NCBI GenBank assembly: GCA_030141605.1 | Contig: JAQGDQ010000523.1 | Coordinates: 1 to 64,000, forward strand | Direction of reading: 5' to 3' | DNA length: 64,000 nucleotides | Source: Tubiluchus corallicola | Lineage: Eukaryota > Animalia > Priapulida | Part shown: positions 58,596 through 64,000 of the stretch, one piece after another | Layout of the letters: the number at the start of each line of letters is the position of its first letter | Position numbering within the stretch: position 1 is the first letter of the stretch | Translations under genes and position numbers: made by a program | The notes under the pieces: generated by a model | The model's input: the letters and a program-made list of their open reading frames with translations, nothing else | Databases searched by the model: none | Told to the model about the DNA's origin: nothing

Positions 58596-59384
58596 TAGAT
58601 CGCTGAAAAGACAACTGCAGTAACATTACAGTCTGCAAAAACTGGCGCGGTATCCAACTACACAGCTTTTGCGCTATTGGCTACGCCGTTGGTACATTTC
58701 TTTTTTCAGAGGGGTGTGCTATTATAAAAACGAACCAAGCTGCATTACACATTTAACACAAATACTAACTGCTTCGTAACACGCAAACTCAGAATGAAGC
58801 CTATTTTATTTTTTAACACAAAGTTTTGTCACTACATTGCGTCATGCACTATTTTCTACTAGTAATTGCGTTCACCCCTATTTTGAAGACAAAATTCATT
58901 TAACCTTCTCTAGTTACCAAAAAGCCCGGATGTGAAGTATTCGCGGAGAGGAAACATTTCTACAGTCGTAGTATTCTGTAATAATAATTATTTTAGTGTA
59001 GTGGCAAAATTTTATCAAAATGGTAAGATTTTCAGTTACGATTGAGTGCTTATGATCATATCCTAATATTTAATTTGTTTCTATGCTCATCTGTACTTTT
59101 TATCTTACACTTGTGTGTTGGTACCTAGGACTAGTAGTGGTAAATACAGTGTTGACTGAGTTACAGAATACAGAGATGCACTCTCAACAGTGAGTCCGTG
59201 ATAAGCATTAATCTAACAACTGCCAGCTTAACCTTTGTTGCCTTTCCGTTCTGTCTACTAGGGAGTATGTGATTTTTCGCCTTGGCTTCTACAGTGGCCC
59301 GGATTTGAAAAATTGTTAGAACTGCGGCTGTAAAAATTATATATGTCATGAACATTTGCAGTTTAGGTGTAGTTAGGCAAATAG

Positions 59385-60326
59385 GGCGCTATTACACTTT
59401 TGCACCGCCTAGTTTTTTTCTAGCCTATTGGTTGTTTTCACGCCTGCAGGCCAGAAAGCAGACCAACAGGCGTAATATACACCATATTCCCATAATATTA
59501 TTGGTTTTTAGACCTTACAATTCCAGATTAAAATCATACATTACTTACCGTCACCATCACGCAAAAAGCTCCACGTGAATAACTGTGTTTACACCTCTAA
59601 TGCGCAATCGCTCTCGCGCAGTGACGATGTGGCCCTTTACATGTATTTTTAGTTTCTTCGCATAATTTATGATTATTAGGGTTGCAGCCACGGGAGTTTG
59701 TATCGTATCGCGGGTGGGCCTGGAACGGAACACTCACAATAAGTGAGGGAACACTGTATATAATAATTAATTACAAGCATACATATCTGTTTTTCATGTA
59801 TATTAAGTTGTTAGCTGGTCAACTTGTAACAAAAAATAAATTGCTTTCAATATTAAAAATATGTATGTTTATTTTTATTGTATTTTCCGGCTATTTTTTA
59901 TTAAACTTACTAAGTGACATCATCACTACCTATCAAATCGTCACTATCATCACTGCCATCGGTCGTAATGTAGTATTATTACTATTAGATTATAAAAAAA
60001 GTAAAGGTTTTTTCGTTATTTCGTAAATGCGGTCAAGATGAAAGTGTGTCACGTGCCTTTTAAGCTAGGCCCTGATAATGCATAAACTACTACGAAATTC
60101 GTCACGTGACTACACACACAAACAAGATGGCAATACGAACTGTATAGGTGTAGAACTGTGAATACAACGTAATTATTGGTAATTATACCTAAATATATGA
60201 TTAAATTACCACGAGATTAGCGGAAACATTCACTGATGACGTGAGAATAATAGAATAATGACCTACGAGCCTAGAAACGAGTAATAACCTAGAAAAAACT
60301 AGGCGGTGCGAAAGTGTAATAGCGCC
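59385..60326. mobile_element. Non-autonomous DNA transposon with about 38-bp TIRs
   Basis: ggcgctattacacttttgcaccgcctagtttttttctag (from 59385) and ctagaaaaaactaggcggtgcgaaagtgtaatagcgcc (to 60326). No clear TSD. Confidence 0.8.
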
Positions 60327-60440
60327 AGCAATTTGTGCCCAAATTATGTAAGAGTCTCTGTTATATTTGGTCTTTTTTTGTTATTAATTCTTTATTTGTC
60401 ATTAAAATGGTTCACTCATTATAATAAAATTGAGTAAGCC

Positions 60441-61410
60441 TCAGCGTAATGTTAAGATAACGACACTGTTCAAGACAAATGCCGTGCTTAATGCCATCTT
60501 GTTGTGTATTTGATGAAACTGTTCATCCCAAGTGAGTTTATTAACGACAGTAATGCCTAAAAATTTTACATTTTTTGCTTGTTCTATGGAACAGTCGCCT
60601 ACTTTTAGTGTTGCATTAGAATATATAATGTCATTTGATTTGGGTGATGTTACCATAAATTCTGTCTTATCATCATTCATTTTTAAACCAAAATAGTTAA
60701 ATGCTGCATTTATATTTGTTATGTCTTTTTCTAGATTATTTTTTGATGTTAGAAAGTCTGCGTGTGCTGTATAGATAGTTGTGTCATCGTCATATTGTGT
60801 TAAGTCTGAATTATGTAAAACTAAATGAATTTTATTAACGTGTAAACAAAAGAGTAAAGGACCTAATATCGTACCTTGCGGGATGCCTCTCTGTGGTGTG
60901 TCCAATGTTGAAAAAGTGTGTTTGTTCAGCTTGACTCTTTGTTTTCTAGTGTGTAGGTAATTATGAATTAGTTTGAGAGAAGTATAATCAAATCCTAGTT
61001 GGCGTAAGGTGTCTAGTAGTAAATTGTGATCGAGGCTGTCAAAAGCTTTACTTAGATGGAAAAATACTGCTGTTATATATTTATTTTTATTTAAGTTGTA
61101 ACGCCACTTGATTTTCAGTGGCACCAATTATTGCGTCTATTGTAGAATGTAGTATTCTAAAACCGAATTGATGATTTGATAGTATCACTATTTTCAATGT
61201 AATGGTTTATTTGGTTATAAATAACTCTTTCAAATACTTAGGCTAGTACATGCACTACTGAAATTGGTCTGTAGTTTTAGCGTCATCTTTAGCATCTTTC
61301 TTGTGTATTGGAGTCATGTTTGCTTGTTTACACACTGCTGGAAATTCTGAGCGCATTAAGACTTGGTTTCTGATATATGTTAGATGAGGAGCAATGAATC
61401 TTTAGATCTT
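60441..61410 (-). mobile_element. L2/CR1-group LINE reverse transcriptase fragment (pseudogenised)
   Basis: NYRPISV...AVFFHLSKAFDSLDH...GIPQGTILGPLLF...QYDDDTTIY...VKFLGITV..KLTW, with a frameshift and a stop upstream of 61127. Confidence 0.9.
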
Positions 61411-61479
61411 TGTATACTTTTCAAATTTACCTTTCAAAGATAATAACTCAGCTGTCCACATGGCTTTGATGCCGAGCCC

Positions 61480-61900
61480 TCAATTTGCTCGTAATGCACT
61501 AATCACATCTCCTGGCAAGGCATTCCAGCAGGGAATAATTCTTTCAATGAAAAAGTGACTACTTACGTTAATACAATAGAAACTTTGGAACAGTTTCATC
61601 GAATGTCTACTTAGATCATAGTGGCAATGAGTTGGAAAGAAGAAGACAGCTTTACTCAAGATGATCAACTCGTTCAAAATTTTGAAACAATGAATAAGAT
61701 CTATAGTTTTGCATCTCTGATAGAGTGGGGTAATGTCTTCAGCTTGTTCGCAGTCATAACTCAAAGGCAACGACTCTGAAACTTTTTAAGTCCAAGTAAA
61801 TGTGAGATTTCTCAATTCTATACTCCGAAAGGTTCAATAATCAATTTCCACATTGCAAGATGTTCCTTCAGGAATGAACTTAGTATCTCATGACAAAGCA
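61480..61900 (-). mobile_element. CR1-like LINE 3' fragment
   Basis: DLIHCFKILN...RHSMKLF...HFFIERIIPCWNALP. Confidence 0.7.
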
Positions 61901-61979
61901 ACTCTGTTTGGTACACCTTTGGGCGATCATGCCATTTTGCCTGTTTAGGGAAAAAATTTAGATCAATTAATGCTTTTTC

Positions 61980-62900
61980 ATTCTTCGGCACATGCTGCAT
62001 GAACGTACTTCAACATTGTTTCTCGTTTCCAAAATTGGTCCATATGTTGAGATCTAAATCCGTTTTCCAAACTACATTTAGCCAATATGACTCTGTTCTT
62101 TGTGAAACTCTTCAGATTATACTAAACATACATAATTTATGTCTGATTCAGTTGGTGACAAGCTTCCTTGGCAGTTTCCAAAGGAGGACTTGGTATAAGA
62201 AGTACCACTCAGCTATCTCTCCCAGCCTTTCTGGCATCATCTAGTGGTTCTGCTTCTTTAGTACACAAAATCCTTTCCAGAGTTCCCACTGCTAGCTCTT
62301 ATGCTGCTTTAGATTTAGCAAAATCGATCTGGTTGGAAAAGTTGAAGCATTTGTAACAACCTTACCTGGTACATCTTCCCAAAAATTTTGGGATAAATCT
62401 CTAATCGAAGCATCATTTGATAGTTTGTTTGCCAGGATTTCTGAGGTTGATAAAGCACTGCTATTGCCAATGGCTTCTAGACATGCTGGTGCATGGCCTG
62501 ATTCTAAGTTGTTTAAAAAGCAGTGGTCGGTTTTTGAAATATCAGGCTGCCAATGATTTGATATGTTGTGCTTTAACTTCTCCTCATGTTGCTTCTGTGT
62601 TAGAGCCCACAAGGTTTGCCTAGGTCAGATGGCAAAAGGCCTGTCCAAATGCCTTTTATTCCTTGGACCAAACGTCGTTCACTTTTTTGGGATTTTGCTT
62701 GTGTGGATACATTGAAATCTTCAAATTTTGCTGTTTCAGCTGGTTCTCTAGGTTATGCGGAAATTAGGAAGTGGGAAATGGGAGATTAGGTCAACAAGTT
62801 TTTTTATTTCAAGGTTTATCCATTGCTTTACAAAGAGGTAATGCGATAAGCATCATGAGAACAATCCCTCCATCTGAAAGACTTGAAGAGGTTATGACCT
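61980..62900 (+). mobile_element. Decayed non-LTR retrotransposon fragment of a restriction-like-endonuclease clade (CRE-like)
   Basis: GGLGIRS..LSLPAFLASS followed by LEP..DGKRP...PW....LFWDFACVDTL, spread over several frames. Confidence 0.6.
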
Positions 62901-64000
62901 CCTTCAAGTCTTAATACCGTCTCTTTCTTTTGGGAGCAATCTGAAAATTGTAAGCTGAAAGGTTTAAATAGTTAACTGTACTATTGTAACTTTAAATGAA
63001 TGTATGATGATTGCTAATCATTGCTTTTGAATACTGTTTATTTTACCTAGTGTAGAGTGAATATGGTTATTAGCATTTCAAGATGTCTATGATTTGTATG
63101 TAAACCTAGTATAATATTTAATATACAGTCAATTTGTGATATTTTTGCATTGATTAATGGCAGTTGTATCTCACCAGCTCTGCACCTGTAAATTTCGGTA
63201 ATTGTTTGATTTTTTATGTGAATCGAAGCTGTTTTAACATTAAAATTACGTTACATTATTTGCCATCTCAAAGTTGAAAGATAGTAGCAAGCAAAATATC
63301 TTGATTGTTAAAATTTTTTAACATAATATCTCTGTTTTGCCTAACACAAATTTAGCATGTACACATTAAGGTAGCAGTAATGTCTAACCATCATTTAGTA
63401 ACCTTTAACTTATTTCCTGTGATGTGTCACTAAAGTTTGCTTAAGTTTTCTCTAATCTGCTCCCAGAGCTTTCAAGACAATGATGTGTGATGTCGACCTA
63501 CATCTAGATCTGTGTGCAAAATTTTTGAGAGGAAGTTGAAAACTAAAAATGTGTGGTTCACTGCATATGTCTGTTAGCTATGGTTCCATAGTGATACATA
63601 ATTTGAATTTCTTCATGTGGTAAATTCATTGAGTTAAATTATGTCATGAATGTACAAGGTTGTACGAAGCTGATTGCTAACATGGTGTGGACTATTAGTA
63701 AATTGATAATAATGCATGCATAATGCTAATATAAAAGATATTTAAATATCAATTAATGTTAAAGGTGGTATGCACTGCTATTCTAATATATGAAAATATT
63801 TTATAATATATTAAAATGTATAATGAGTTACTACTGAGTAATTGTTTATGGTTAAACTTTACAGCTCGCTTTTTGTTTACATTTAAATGATGAACAGATA
63901 TTCTATTTTATTTTCAGAATTGTTTTTATAGCAGATAGCATCATTAGATGAAAATAACCAAGTTGATATTTCAATTTGTTATTTTCATCTTATGTGTGTA

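Noticed and set aside
63467-63960. Candidate downstream exons after acceptor-like sites at about 63467 and 63919
   Set aside because: The frames checked hit stops within a short distance and encode no recognisable protein.

Overview
This is AT-rich, intron-rich nuclear DNA from an invertebrate animal, probably a protostome judging by the PPP1R14 and PDZ protein styles; it is not prokaryotic. I built six spliced gene models by hand, each with GT-AG introns and consistent phases: (1) a 5'-partial periaxin/AHNAK-type PDZ protein (+, 1520-9200); (2) an evectin/PLEKHB-like PH protein (+, 13309-18441); (3) an LRP11-like MANSC+LDLa receptor (-, 24232-34311); (4) a PPP1R14/CPI-17-family PP1 inhibitor (+, 34802-48587), head-to-head with the LRP11-like gene; (5) a secreted Gly/Tyr/Ala-rich structural protein gene (-, 38226-40990) nested in intron 1 of PPP1R14 with its own TATA/Inr promoter; (6) EEF1G (-, 50826-58570) with a TOP/TCT start. 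Mobile DNA includes a full-length 5S rRNA-headed SINE with an 11-bp TSD, several MITEs and decayed LINE fragments. The most notable observations are the nested structural-protein gene, the 5S-derived SINE, and dense clusters of short perfect hairpins in introns of the housekeeping genes. The hairpin signal was found by eye and needs a folding z-score test.
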